Assembly (NCBI GenBank): GCA_043228905.1
Contig: JBHGNT010000003.1
Span: 2,294,001-2,358,000, forward strand
Reading direction: 5' to 3'
Origin: Azolla caroliniana
Taxonomy: Eukaryota > Plantae > Polypodiophyta
Length of the DNA: 64,000 bases
Part shown: positions 50,312-62,000 of the stretch, piece by piece
Layout of the letters: each line of letters opens with the position of its first letter
How positions within the stretch are numbered: the stretch's first letter is position 1
Translations under genes and position numbers: made by a program
The notes under the pieces: model-generated
Seen by the model: the letters and a program-made list of their open reading frames with translations, nothing else
The model's database searches: none
What the model was told of the DNA's origin: nothing

Positions 50312-50367
50312 AGAGGACTGCCAAGGCGTGGGGCCGCGACAGTCCGGATGCTCCGGGAAAACCCCAC
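50302..50367 (+). promoter_or_regulatory. Candidate -1 programmed ribosomal frameshift signal
   Basis: In-frame G GAT TTT at 50302-50308, 6-nt spacer, stem GGACTG/CAGTCC (50315-50320 / 50340-50345) and crossing stem GTGGGG/CCCCAC (50328-50333 / 50362-50367). The -1 frame is open from 50272 into pol. Confidence 0.75.
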
Positions 50368-53300
50368 ATCTGTACGATAAAACCGTGTACAATAGGTAGG
50401 AAATTTTGCTTCTCCGACAGCGGAGCGTGTACGATGGTCGGCATCACCGGCCGAGAGAAAACAAAGACGGAGGGAAGACTTCGGGCGTGCGGAGTTCTCG
50501 GCCCGGACGAAGGAATCAACAGAGCCGTGGAGGCAGTCTCCTTCGACGACACCTTGGGAATGCTGGGGAAGGTAGTCGAAGAAGACTTTAACGAAGACCG
50601 GACGATACCGGTATGTTCCGAAGAAATGTACGAAGTCATCGCGGACTTCGGTCGAGGGCTCGAGTCGGAACGGACGGCCCGAGTGAGCACCAAGTACAAG
50701 ACGGTGGACCGGAAGGTGAGGCCAGTTGCAGCGCCCTTACCGGAGGGCAGCGAATCCCGAATCAAAGGGGTTGCATCGGACCCCAGCTTACGAGATCGGG
50801 CCTGCATAGGACACACCTTCACCAACGAGACGCTCCGCGAGCTGAAGATCGGTGGGGGCGGGTTCCTACTGCCGGCGGAGGAAGACCGGTTCCGGAGAAT
50901 GCTCGGAAGGCACGGGAAAGCCTTCGCATTCTCGCCGGAGGAAATCGGGTGCGTGGACCCGACGATCGTAGAGCCGATGGTGATATTCACGGTACCTCAT
51001 GTACCGTGGAATCTCAAGCCAATTTCGGTTCCGAGAGCTCACATCCCGAAGTTGATGGAGCTGTTGAAGCAGAAAGTTGATATGGGCATTCTCGAGCCGT
51101 CGAGCGCCCCGTATTCAAACCGCTGGTTTACCGTACCAAAGAAAAACGGATCATTGCGCTTCATTCAGGACCTGCAGCCGGTCAATAGAGTGACCATTCG
51201 GAACGCGGGGATCGGACCGACCATAGACGAGTTCGCGGAGGCCTTCGCCGGGAGGTCGATTTACTCGGTCGGTGATCTATACTCAGGGTATGACCAGTTC
51301 CAGCTAGCCGTGGGGAGCAGAGACATTACGACGATGCGAACTCCCCTCGGCCTAGTGCGGATGTGTACGCTGCCGCAAGGAGGGACCAACTCGGTGGCCC
51401 ACATGGTGAATGCGATGAACAAGGTGCTGAGGGACTGCATCCCGAACATCACCATGCCGTTTCTAGACGACATCCCGATCAAGGGATGCCCGGTAGAAGA
51501 GAAGGACGAGACGATCGGGCCGGACGGATGCCGGCGATTCGTGACGGCGCACATCGACGACTGCGAGAAGGTGCTGCAAAGGCTAGAGGATGCGAGGCTC
51601 ACCTTCTCGGGGGAGAAATCAGCCTTCGGGCAGTCGGAAATCATGGTGGTCGGACACTTATGTGGGCCATATGGCCGGAAACCGTCTCCGGCAAAGGTAG
51701 AAGCCATCTCCGCGATGAAGCCCGACTGCAGCTCGGTCACGGAAGTACGAAGATTCCTGGGGGCATGCGCATTCTACCACATATGGATCCCGCATTACGC
51801 CCACGTTGCGGAGCCGCTATACGGATTATTGAGGAAAGGGCGAAGATTCGAATGGCTAGACAAGCACACGGAGTCGGTCCGGAAGCTGAAGGAGGCTCTT
51901 TCGGCAGCACCGGCGCTCCGAAAGGCCGTCTACAGGAAGGGCACCCCAGTGTACATAACGGTTGACACGAGTCCGACCGGAATCGGGTGGGTCGTCAACC
52001 AAGAAGACGAGGACGGCAATCGGTTTCCGATCCGATTCGGCGCGAAGGTCCTCAGCGAACGGCAGCGAGGATACGCCCAGGTTAAACGCGAACTCTGGGG
52101 TATCGTTTCGGCGGTGAAGGCCGACAAGGACTATCTGATCGGGACGGAGGTAATCATAGAGACGGATTGCATGCCGATTCTCGGCATGGTTTCCGGATGC
52201 GCGACGCCGGACCTGGCAATGCTCAGGTGGATAGCGTATATCAAGTCCCTAGACCCGGTAATCCGACACATTTCCGGGAAAGACAACGCCATGGCCGACA
52301 TGCTTTCAAGGGCGAGATTCGATAACGAGGGCGGCATGGTTTCGGAGGACGAAGAGGTCGGCGTGGACTTCTTCGAGACTGCGTATGTAACGACCGACGG
52401 AACAAGCACTCCGGCGCTTAGCGACTTCGACGCGAGCAAGTACGACGGGGAGTGGCTGCAGATCGGTGGGTTTTTGAAGACAATGATGCCCGATGCGTCA
52501 TGGACGAAGGACGAGGCCAACCGGATCCGGAAGAAAGCGTACCGGTTCTTCCTCCGGGATGGCTATCTATGGAAGCACCCGAAGAAGAGGGACGGCGCTC
52601 CGCTCCGGGTGGTGGCGATGAAGGAAGAACAGGAGGAGCTGCTGACGGCCTACCACGACAGCCCTTGGGCTGGACACCGTGGAACATGGGCTACGTTTGA
52701 GAAACTGAAGGGGAAGTATTGGTGGCCGAGGCAGTACCAGGACGTGCGTCGGTTCGTGACAACTTGCGAGAGCTGTCAGATGCACTCCATAGTCCGACAT
52801 CGGGACGAGCTTCACCCCACGTACCCTCCGACCATCCACTTCAAATGGATGGTAGATCTGGTGACGATGCCAATGGGGGTAGGACAGATGCGGTACCTGG
52901 TCCTAGCGCGGGAGGATCTGACGAACCAGGTGGAAGGCCGGGCCCTTCCGAACAAAACAACCGCGGCCGTATGCCGGTTCCTAATCGAGGACGTGATATG
53001 CCGGTACGGGTGCGTCGGGAAGATCGTGGCTGACCGAGGGGAGTTGGACGCCGAAGAAGCCGCGGAGCTGTTCGACCGGCTGGGAGTCAAGCTCTCGCTC
53101 ACCACTGCGTACAATCCGGAGGCGAATGGGAAGGTGGAGCGCGGACACGGACCGATCGTCAAGGCGTTGGTTCGGGCATGCAGAGGCCGAGTCGGTAACT
53201 GGCCGCGGCTGCTACCTTATGCTTTGTGGGCGGACCGGACCACGCACAGTTCGGTAACCGGGTACATGCCGACGGAGCTCATGTTCGGCCAGAAGCCGAT

Positions 53301-53790
53301 CATGCCGATGGAACGGACGATCTCCTCGTGGGCAACGGTCGACTGGAGGGACGAGATGAGCCGGGAGGAGTTGTTGGCCGCGCGCATATGACAGCTCGAG
53401 CGGAGACCGGAGGACGTGGAACTGGCTGCGGAGAAGCTCCGAGTGGCGAGGAAAAAGAACAAAGCCAGGTTCGACCGAACGCACCGGCTCCGACCGAAGA
53501 GAATCGAAGAAGGTGACTGGGTGCTCGTCTACGATAGCAGCCTCGACAACCAGCACCGAGCTACACGGAAGTTCGCACGAAGGTGGTTCGGGCCTTACGT
53601 GGTACAGAGCGCCAATGACAACGGGACATATCACCTGGCGGAACTCGACGGCACGAGAATGGCGATACCGGTTGCAGGGAAGCGGATCAAAGCGTTCAAG
53701 AAGCGACACGACGACGAGCCAGACCCGGCTCTCCTGGTCGGCAGTGACGAACGATCCGAAAACGAGGAAGAACCGACGGGCGAGGAATGA
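50308..53790 (+). CDS. Gypsy Pol (RT, RNase H, integrase) in the -1 frame; one in-frame TGA at 53389-53391
   Basis: DLYSGYDQF, LPQGGTNS, FLDD, VDTSPTGIG, H-x6-H...CESC, ADRGE, GKVERGH, WFGPY. Confidence 0.9.
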
Positions 53791-53861
53791 AGACGGGCCG
53801 GTTTTCTCCGTCCCAACTCTCTTGGCGCATACCGGAGGATGCGCGGTTAGGTGGGGGCGGA

Positions 53862-54630
53862 TGTCGTGAAGAAAACCGTCCATAGGCGGAATCGGCGCAC
53901 CAAGGCGTCCGAACCGGTTCTTCACGCGCGCACGCTCCAAGTTGTACATAGAAGCGAATTAGGAGGATAATCGGCAGGAACGGGCCCTAACTCAAGTGGA
54001 GACAAAGACCGCGCGAACAGTCTTTTCGGTCGCGCGCGCGAACTGTACGAGTCGGCGGCGTAACTACGCGGATGCGTGAAAAACGGAGCGGATCCCTGTC
54101 CAAAAGGGACAGGGAATAAAGCTGACACGACGGCCTGCTCGTCGGCCTATATAAGGAGCGGGAAAGAGCTGTTGCAGGGATCTCGCGCGGAGAGGACGAA
54201 GTGCTGTCGGACCGTTTCTGGACGCTTCTCTCTCTCTGTTACCTTCCTTCTTGAGCTCCATAGTTTTTCTGTGCAGGGTTCCGAGGAGGCTCGCGCTGTT
54301 TCGAGGAACGCCCGAGTGCTTCCGGCAGCCCCTTTGAGCGTCGAAGTGAACAGGCATCGGCATCTGTTCGCCGACCTGTTCGGTTGTAACCAACCTGTGC
54401 CCCGTTGAGGGTTGTAGTCGTGTTAGCCATTTTTCTTAATATACATATTTAGTCATTCGCATATATCTGTGTCGGTGTCTGTTCGCGTTCACCGTGCTGA
54501 AGGGCCGCGTCCCTGTGTATCCCCGGCCGCGTAGCCGGTTCTCTCCCTTTCTCCTCCCTCGCTTGCTCTTTGGTTCGAGACCCCCGCGGTCCCGCCTCGT
54601 TTCCACACGCACTTGCGTAATATCTCGACA
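53862..54630 (+). repeat. 3' LTR (769 bp)
   Basis: Direct repeat of 47372-48140. Confidence 0.96.
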
Positions 54631-56489
54631 CCGTTTTGTTTTGGTGTATATGGGCATGTAGTTTGATGTTGTATTGCTTGATCTGAGAGGTATGCCCTAA
54701 ATGTCATGTTAGCTTACTCTGTTCCATTATCAGACCTCAACACTTTTACTACTACACCATATTGAGTTTGAACTGCTCTATGAAAATATTTAAAACAAGC
54801 AAATACTTCATTCTATTTCCTCATCAAATATAACCAAGTCACACAAGAGAAACAATCAATGAAAGAGACAAAATAGATTCGATATCCATTAATAGAACTT
54901 GTGGAACATGGTCCCCAAACATTGGAGTGTATTACATAAAATGCATGGGAACTTCTATGACCTGAACTAGCATATGAGTTTTTAGTAAGTTTACCAAATT
55001 CATATGCATCACAAACAAGTTTTGTATTATTAGACTTTTCAAAAAGGTGTGGATACACCCGACTCAAAATGTCATAAGAGGTATGTCCCATATGTTGGTG
55101 GTAAAGTATCAACAATTCTTCATAACTCATTTTAGATCCCCTTACATCTATTCCCTCTACCATAGATGTTAATGCGGAATCTAGCCCTTCACGATCCAAA
55201 TACCATAGTCCGCTATGCCATGTGCCAGTCCCAAGTCTCCGACCTGTCCCGTTCTCCTGGAATATCACCTTGGGAATATCAAAAGAAACAACACATTTTA
55301 GTTGGTGTATGATAGAACTTATCGATAATAAGTTTACTGGGAAAGAAGGAGCATGCAACACATTAGACAATGTCATAGAGTGGGTACATTTTACTGTACC
55401 TATACCCACTATAGGTTGTGTTGTATCGTTAGCAATTTGAATGCTTTTTGGCATTGATAAGTGAGTATACGAGGAGAATTAACTAGCATTACCTGTCACA
55501 TGCCTAGATACACCATAATCAATTATTCATTCTCGTGTAGAGCCAAGAGTATTTGTGTTGCCAGTACTTGTGGCTGAATAAGAATAGGGGGAATGTTACC
55601 TCTTGACATGAATGAAGTATCAGTTGCGGCTCTTTGCTTCCTCCTAAGTATTTCTAAGAGAGCTTGATCCTCTTCGGTGAACACCACCTTAGTTCCTTCC
55701 TCTTCTTTTGCTACCATCAAGTTTGCTTGGTGACCTCCTCTTGCACCTCTTCAACCCCCTCGACCACGACCTCTAGTTTGTCCACGTCCTCCATATTCTC
55801 TCTCTTTCGATGGTTTAGGGCAAGCATTCGTTAAATGAGTAGCTTCACCACACTTGTAGCATTTTCGATTTTCACTTCCACTTGAATTTGACACCACTAG
55901 TGTCGATCGCAAAGAGCAGCTTCATTCTACTCTCCTCTTGTATCATAGTCGCAATTGCCTCATCAAGTGTGGGAATTTTAGATTTGGCTAGAAGAACTGC
56001 CCTTCTGTGGTCAAATGACGGGTTGAGATGTTTCAAAAATTGCATGGTTCTTTTTTGTGTAGAATTTTAGCACTTTTAAACTTTCTCAACACTTATAACA
56101 AATTATAGCACACTTGTAATGAAATTCTATTTTTCTTTTATTTTTATGTAGCTACATTTACCAATACTAAGTTATTTGGTAATGTTAGGAGCCTAGGACA
56201 AAGCTATTAGTTCCACATACTTTGGATCAAGCTTCATAATATCTATCAAACATAATAGTACCAAAATCACATTAGTACTATCAATGGGCGCAATTTTGGC
56301 TCAAACCAAATTAAATCGTTAAGCCATGGTTTTAAATGGTTTAGCAGTTTATCAATTCCAAAAAATTTTAATGGTTTGGTTTGGGTTATAAAAAATGGTC
56401 CAGTTTTAGTTTAGTTTGGTTCTAAAACTCAAGTTTATAGGTTTCATTTCAAGGTTTATGGGTTTTTGGTGAACTTTTTTATTTAAATC

Positions 56490-57456
56490 TAGTATGCATA
56501 GTGATGAATGTTCCCCAAGATTCGGGGAGTTTGCTTAGTACTAATCTAATCTTGATGTCTTCTGAGATACAATTGCCGACGGTAGTTGCATGTTCCATGG
56601 TTGCCTCCTAGGTTGATAAGAAGGTAGGGACATCTTCTTCTTCATGTGAAACACACATTTTAAACATGGCAGCTAAGATGTGAAGTTTAGTTATACCATC
56701 TTGAGGTTCGTATAGTTCCTTCAATTTTGCCCACATTGTAGATGTAGATGTGAGTTTTCGAATAACTTCTTACTGTTTTTCATCTACACTTAATATTATC
56801 TCTTATCTAGCTCTTTTATCCATCTTTCACCAAACCTTCCATTTGTCCGACTTTTGATTTTCAGGTTCTGGACTGGCGCCAATTGTGACTTTGAGGAACT
56901 CCTTAACATCAATTAGAAGCTCCATTCGAGTCTTCCATGTTTTGTAGTTTTTCTTTGTCAATTTGTCCAAGGTATATTTTTTGCTTGAGGTTGGCATAGT
57001 GATAGTACTAGGATTTGTTTATTTGAAATAATGTGTGGTGAGTTTTGTTGGTTATATAGAAGTATGAGATTCAGATCGTGGAACCTCGCTCTGATACCAT
57101 GTAAGAAAAGTTAAAACATAATGGAATGGATTCACAGGAGAAAGAGAGAGAGGGAGAGAGACTTTTGGGAACAATGTAGAACAAGGTATACATTATATTA
57201 AGACAAGTGTATTACAATATAAGAACCTACAGGAACAACTCAAATGTAGTAACACACACAAAACTAAAGAATACTTCATACACACATATATAAGTAATGG
57301 GTAGCCATTACTTCTTTGTAACTATTGTTCTGTCTTTTTCTTATTGTTCTTGTGTACCTGTTATTTTGTCTTTATCCTCATAGGTAATGTTTTATCATTT
57401 TGTGGTGTTAGCTGGTAATCTTAACATAACTATCCATCCAAGTAGAGTTTCTTACA
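56490..57456 (-). mobile_element. 5' remnant of another Copia: LTR 57100-57456, PBS, gag start
   Basis: LTR ends TGTAAGAAA / TTTCTTACA; TGGTATCAGAGC at 57088-57099 (minus); decayed DKLTKKNYKTWKTRMELL...MWAKLKELY. Confidence 0.8.
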
Positions 57457-57996
57457 ACTCCTAAGCACTTTATTAGTGTACAAACAAAAATCCATAGGTT
57501 TCCAAAGGCACTCGAGGGTTCATTCGAGTTGTTCATGGCTACAATTATCCTAAAATTTGATCTATTCTTTAGAAGCCAATTTAACAAGGAGTAAAATCAA
57601 AAGATTCAATTCCTCTACATTAGTCTAAGAAATTTTAATAGAATTTGTATGTGTTATATTGTCCAAGAATAATGATTCATGATGACTATGAGCGCTGCAT
57701 AACATTGTCAATGCGTTTTATTAAAGCTGTGTGAATTAAAAATTGGCATAGAACCTTTACAATAAGGAGTTGACTTTTTAATATTTGCACGATTGTGGTC
57801 TCTATCCATACATATGATTCTGGTATTCTTATCTTCATCTGTCTCTGTCTCTGTCTCTGTCTCATTTTTCTCTTTATTCTTATCTCCTGCAAGAAAAGAC
57901 TAGGAAATCAAGAAAGCATCAGGTCTGTGCCCACACAAGACGTCTGAAGAAGAAGTTTAAGAGAATATCAACAAGGCAATCAAGCTTACACGGCAA

Positions 57997-58144
57997 ATGG
58001 ATCCATTTGAAACCTCTCCTGAAGAAGAGAAATGAGAAGGCGGATGACAACAATTATCAATAAGAATAATGATGCTGGTACAGATGTGTCCAATGAAAGT
58101 CTGAAGATTTCGAGGCCTTCCCAAGCATTATTGGATGTAAAGCC
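57997..58144 (+). pseudogene. DUF247 5' fragment (gene A type) interrupted by a Copia
   Basis: 5' UTR TTCTTATCTCCTGCAAGAAAAGACTAGG and ATG context match gene A; ...SLKISRPSQALLDVK aligns with NPKILKPIKALVDVK; early TGA. Confidence 0.8.
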
Positions 58145-58740
58145 TGATGAGGTATAGACACGTAAGAGTGTAACACGCATCACGTTTTATGCTCGATTAT
58201 AATGAAAAAGAAACACAAGAAACACACACAATGACACAACAAAGATTACACAAGATTTAACGTGGAAAAACCCTCAATGAGGGAAACAACCACGGGACAA
58301 AAGTCCAAAACCAATCCACTATCACCAAAGAGATATAACACAAGTACAAAATCTACTTCTAGATATACTAGAAATAAGTCGAGATATGTAGCATAGTACT
58401 ACCGACAAAGATGGTAGAATAATCCAAAGGGATAAGAATATCTCTCAAGCATATAAGAGAAAAGAAGAGAGAAGAAAACCTGGATAAGAATGTCCACAAG
58501 TCGAAGTAGTAGTCGTGTAGATCTCACGTTGAGTAGTGGAGATGGAAAGGAGGTTGGGAGTAGATGAGTTGAGCACCAAGCTTCACCAAGCTTCACTATG
58601 CTTCTCTATGCTTCACTATGCTTCACACTCATCATACTTTCTCACCTCTTCCCATATATATATATATATATCTCCTTTCCACCCTCTCTTCTCTTTGTCT
58701 CTCTCAAAAACAAAAACCGTCGTTTATTTTTGTTTTCCTC

Positions 58741-58782
<42 letters not shown>

Positions 58783-58961
58783 TTCTTTTCTTTCTTTACT
58801 CACTAAAAAACGTAACTTACATTTACCCTTTTAAAGAAATAAAGTAAGGGTAATAATTACTAAAGAAACAAAACGAAAGTTTTGTTTTATATTACTATCT
58901 AATAATAATAATAAATATTATTAAAAAAGAAAAGACAAAATAGTGATCGGATACATTAACA
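58145..58961 (-). repeat. 3' LTR (817 bp, contains (TTA)n)
   Basis: TGAT...AACA ends; first ~485 bp repeated at 63453-63938. Confidence 0.9.
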
Positions 58962-59009
58962 ATCTCCCCCTCCGGTCACACAAGGACAGAATTGCTTGTG
59001 TATCAATTT

Positions 59010-62000
59010 ATCTCCATTCCGGCAAGCTTGGCACATAGCTCAAGCTTCTCCCTTGGAACCACCTTTATTAGCATGTTAGCAACGTTGTGTATGAACTTTA
59101 TCTAGTTGCAACATTTGCTCCTCGATCGCCAATCGTAACCAATGATATCTTACATCGATGTGTTTTGTCCGTGAGTGATACATTGAGTTCTTGCTTAGGT
59201 CCATTGCACTTTGACTGTCACAAAAAACCACATAAGTTAATTGGCTCAAACCCAATTCTAAAAGAAACCTTTTCATCCACAACATTTCTTTGCCAGCCTC
59301 AGTTGCTACAATGTATTCAACTTCCGTAGTGGACAAGGCAACACACTTTTGCAATTTGGATTGCCATGATATAGCTCCCCCCTACAAAAGTAAATAAGAA
59401 ACCGGATGTAGATTTCTTACCATCAAGATCTCCAGCCATGTCCGCATCTATAAAGCCTTCAAGAATTGGTTTAGAACCTCCGAAACAAATGCACAACTTA
59501 GATGTACCTCTCAAATACCGTAAAATCCATTTTATGGCATTCCAATGAGATTTACCAGTGTTAGAGAGATACCTACTCACTGTACCAACTGCATGTGCAA
59601 TATCTGGTCGTGTGCTAACCATAGCATACATTAAAGATCCAACCGCCGAGGCATAGGGAATCGATGACATCTCATCTCTTTCCTCCTCGGTAATTGGACA
59701 ACATTTCCTACTCAATTTAAAGTGAGTGGCAAGAGGAGTACTTACTGGTTTCGAATGTTGCATGTTGAACCTTTCAAGGATTCTTTCTATGTACGTTGTC
59801 ATAGTGTATTTCGTACACTACGTGAAAAACTTATAAAGTACCGATTTAATAAATATGAATAAATAGTAGAAAATATTAAAATATATATAACATGCATAGG
59901 GCAAGATTCAAACCTTGCACCTCCATGTTAATAATATAAAACCTTACCATTACACTAGCATTTCCTACATAAAAACATAAGTTCACCTAGGATAAACTTT
60001 AGTTAAAAGAAAAATGCATGCTAAAAGAAAAAGCTACGCATGCACATCTAGCGTGCATGAATGCTATAGTTGATAAAAAACGCACAAGTTAGAAAAAGCA
60101 TAATCACTTTAGATAAAGCATATAGTCTATCTATAGGAAAAGCATGGAGTCTATAGTTAGAGAACAAAAAGCATGGATTCCCATCCTTATGTAGTGAAAG
60201 CCACAATTTCTTTGATTCTCTATCACGAGTTATTTGCATACCTAAAATGTGCTTAGAAGGCCCTAAATCTTTCATGTCAAAAGTCTTAGATAACTCCACT
60301 TTTAACCTATTAATCATATTTAGGTCTTGCCCAACAATTAGCATATCATCAACATACAAAAGAAGTATAATAAAATTACCATCCTCAAATTGTTTAACAT
60401 ACACACAATGGTCCGCATTAGTTCTTTTATAACCTTGATTCACCATAAAAGAATCAAACTTTTTATACCATTGGCGCGGTCCTTGTTTTAGGCCATAGAG
60501 GCTCTTTTTCAACCTACATACCAAATGTTCTTTCCCTTTCTCTTTAAAACCCTCCGGTTGTTCCATGTATATTTCCTCATCTAGGTCACCATGTAAAAAA
60601 GCAGTTTTCACATCTAATTGTTCAAGTTTAAGGTTTAAACTAGCTACCAAACCTAACACAACTCGTATTGAGCTTAATTTCACAACTGGTGAGAAAATTT
60701 CGTCAAAATCAATTCCTTTCTTTTGACCATATCCTTTTACCACCAAACAAGCTTTATATTTTATAAAGTTATCATCAACCCTTCTTAACTTAAACACCCA
60801 TTTATTTTTCAAAGCTCTCCTACCCTTAGGAAGTTGAACTAGCTCAAATGTATTGTTCTTTTCCAAAGAATTAATTTCTTCATGCATGGCCTCTACCCAA
60901 CTATCTTTGTCTTTAAGAGTTTGCACATCATGAAAACTTTCCGGTTCACCTTCATTAGTGAGTAGAACATATTCAGAACTAGGATACCTCGTGGATGATC
61001 GTCGTTCTCTTGTAGATCTCCTTAAAGGTTGATTTGCCACCTCTTGTAATGGAAGTTGCTCCCCCCGCTCAAGACCTGTCTCTGGAAAAACAACATCATT
61101 ACTAGCATCATCTACAATCAACGGCTCACCAACATCCTCATGTTGCTCCTCTTGTTGTGAGGCACTCTCTTGTGTATCATCATCCATCATAGGAATTGGA
61201 TCAATATCTACTAGGTCACCATCTGAAGAGGTACTTGACCTTTCCGCCTTGTCAATGTCCTCAATGGTTTGGTCTTCGATGAACACTACATCACGACTCC
61301 TAATAAGCTTCTTTCCCACAGGATCGTAACACCTATAACCAAAATCATCTTGACCATATCCAATAAAAATGCATTGTTTAGATTTGGCATCTAACTTCGA
61401 TCTTTCATCCTTGGGTATATGTACAAAACACTTACACCCAAACACACGTAAGTAATCATAAGAGACATCTTTACCATACCACACTCTATTTGGTACATCA
61501 CCTTGCAATGCGGTAGTAGGAGATAGATTAATGATATGTGCAATAGTATTCAAAGCCTCACCCCAAAATGATTTAGGTAACCTTGCATCTGAGAGTAAGC
61601 ACCTAACTCTTTCAACTAGGGTTCTATTCATTCTTTCGGCCAAACCATTTAATTCGGGAGTCTTAGGAGGGGTTCTTTGATGTTTGACACCTTGATCTCG
61701 ACAATACGCATCAAAAGATCCACAGTATTCGCCACCATTATCGCTGCGAATACATTTCAGTTTCTTCCCTATCTCTCTCTCAACAGAAACATGAAACTCT
61801 TTAAAAACATCAAAATCTTGATCTTTTGATTTCAACATTCGAACCCAAAGCTTCCTAGAATGATCATCAATGAAAGTAACAAAATAAAATGCTCCACCCA
61901 TTGACCTTACCTTCAAGGGTCCACACACATCAGAATGCACTAGCTCGAGTATACCTTTTTGTCGAAGAGAAGAATGCTTAAAGGAAACCCTCTTAGCCTT

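Larger units (their letters stand above)
47372..54630 (+). mobile_element. Young, complete, GC-rich Ty3/Gypsy LTR retrotransposon without chromodomain
   Basis: 769-bp LTRs with about 4 differences by eye; PBS; PPT-like AGGTGGGGGCGGA before 53862; gag-PR then RT-RH-IN. Confidence 0.96.
45977..56050 (-). mobile_element. Old LTR-less Copia remnant (Ale/RE1-like) interrupted by the Gypsy element
   Basis: Zinc knuckle near 55815-55862, protease/integrase 54720-55500, integrase tail 46993-47282, RT start (YDETFAPVAKM, QLDIKNAFLHG) 45977-46260; many stops. Confidence 0.85.

Noticed and set aside
53389-53391. Programmed UGA readthrough in the Gypsy integrase
   Set aside because: CGA>TGA deamination at a CpG (ARI-R-QLERR) is simpler, and the context CAG CTC is not the CARYYA readthrough motif; sister copies would be needed to exclude it fully.
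47432-54707. Many overlapping and antisense ORFs in the Gypsy element, including possible env-like genes
   Set aside because: Expected from high GC content; no transmembrane or family signatures, and no space between the integrase end and the PPT.
56285-56480. MITE with GGTTT subterminal repeats (similar case at 24660-24820)
   Set aside because: Composition is suggestive, but I could not define terminal inverted repeats or a TSD.
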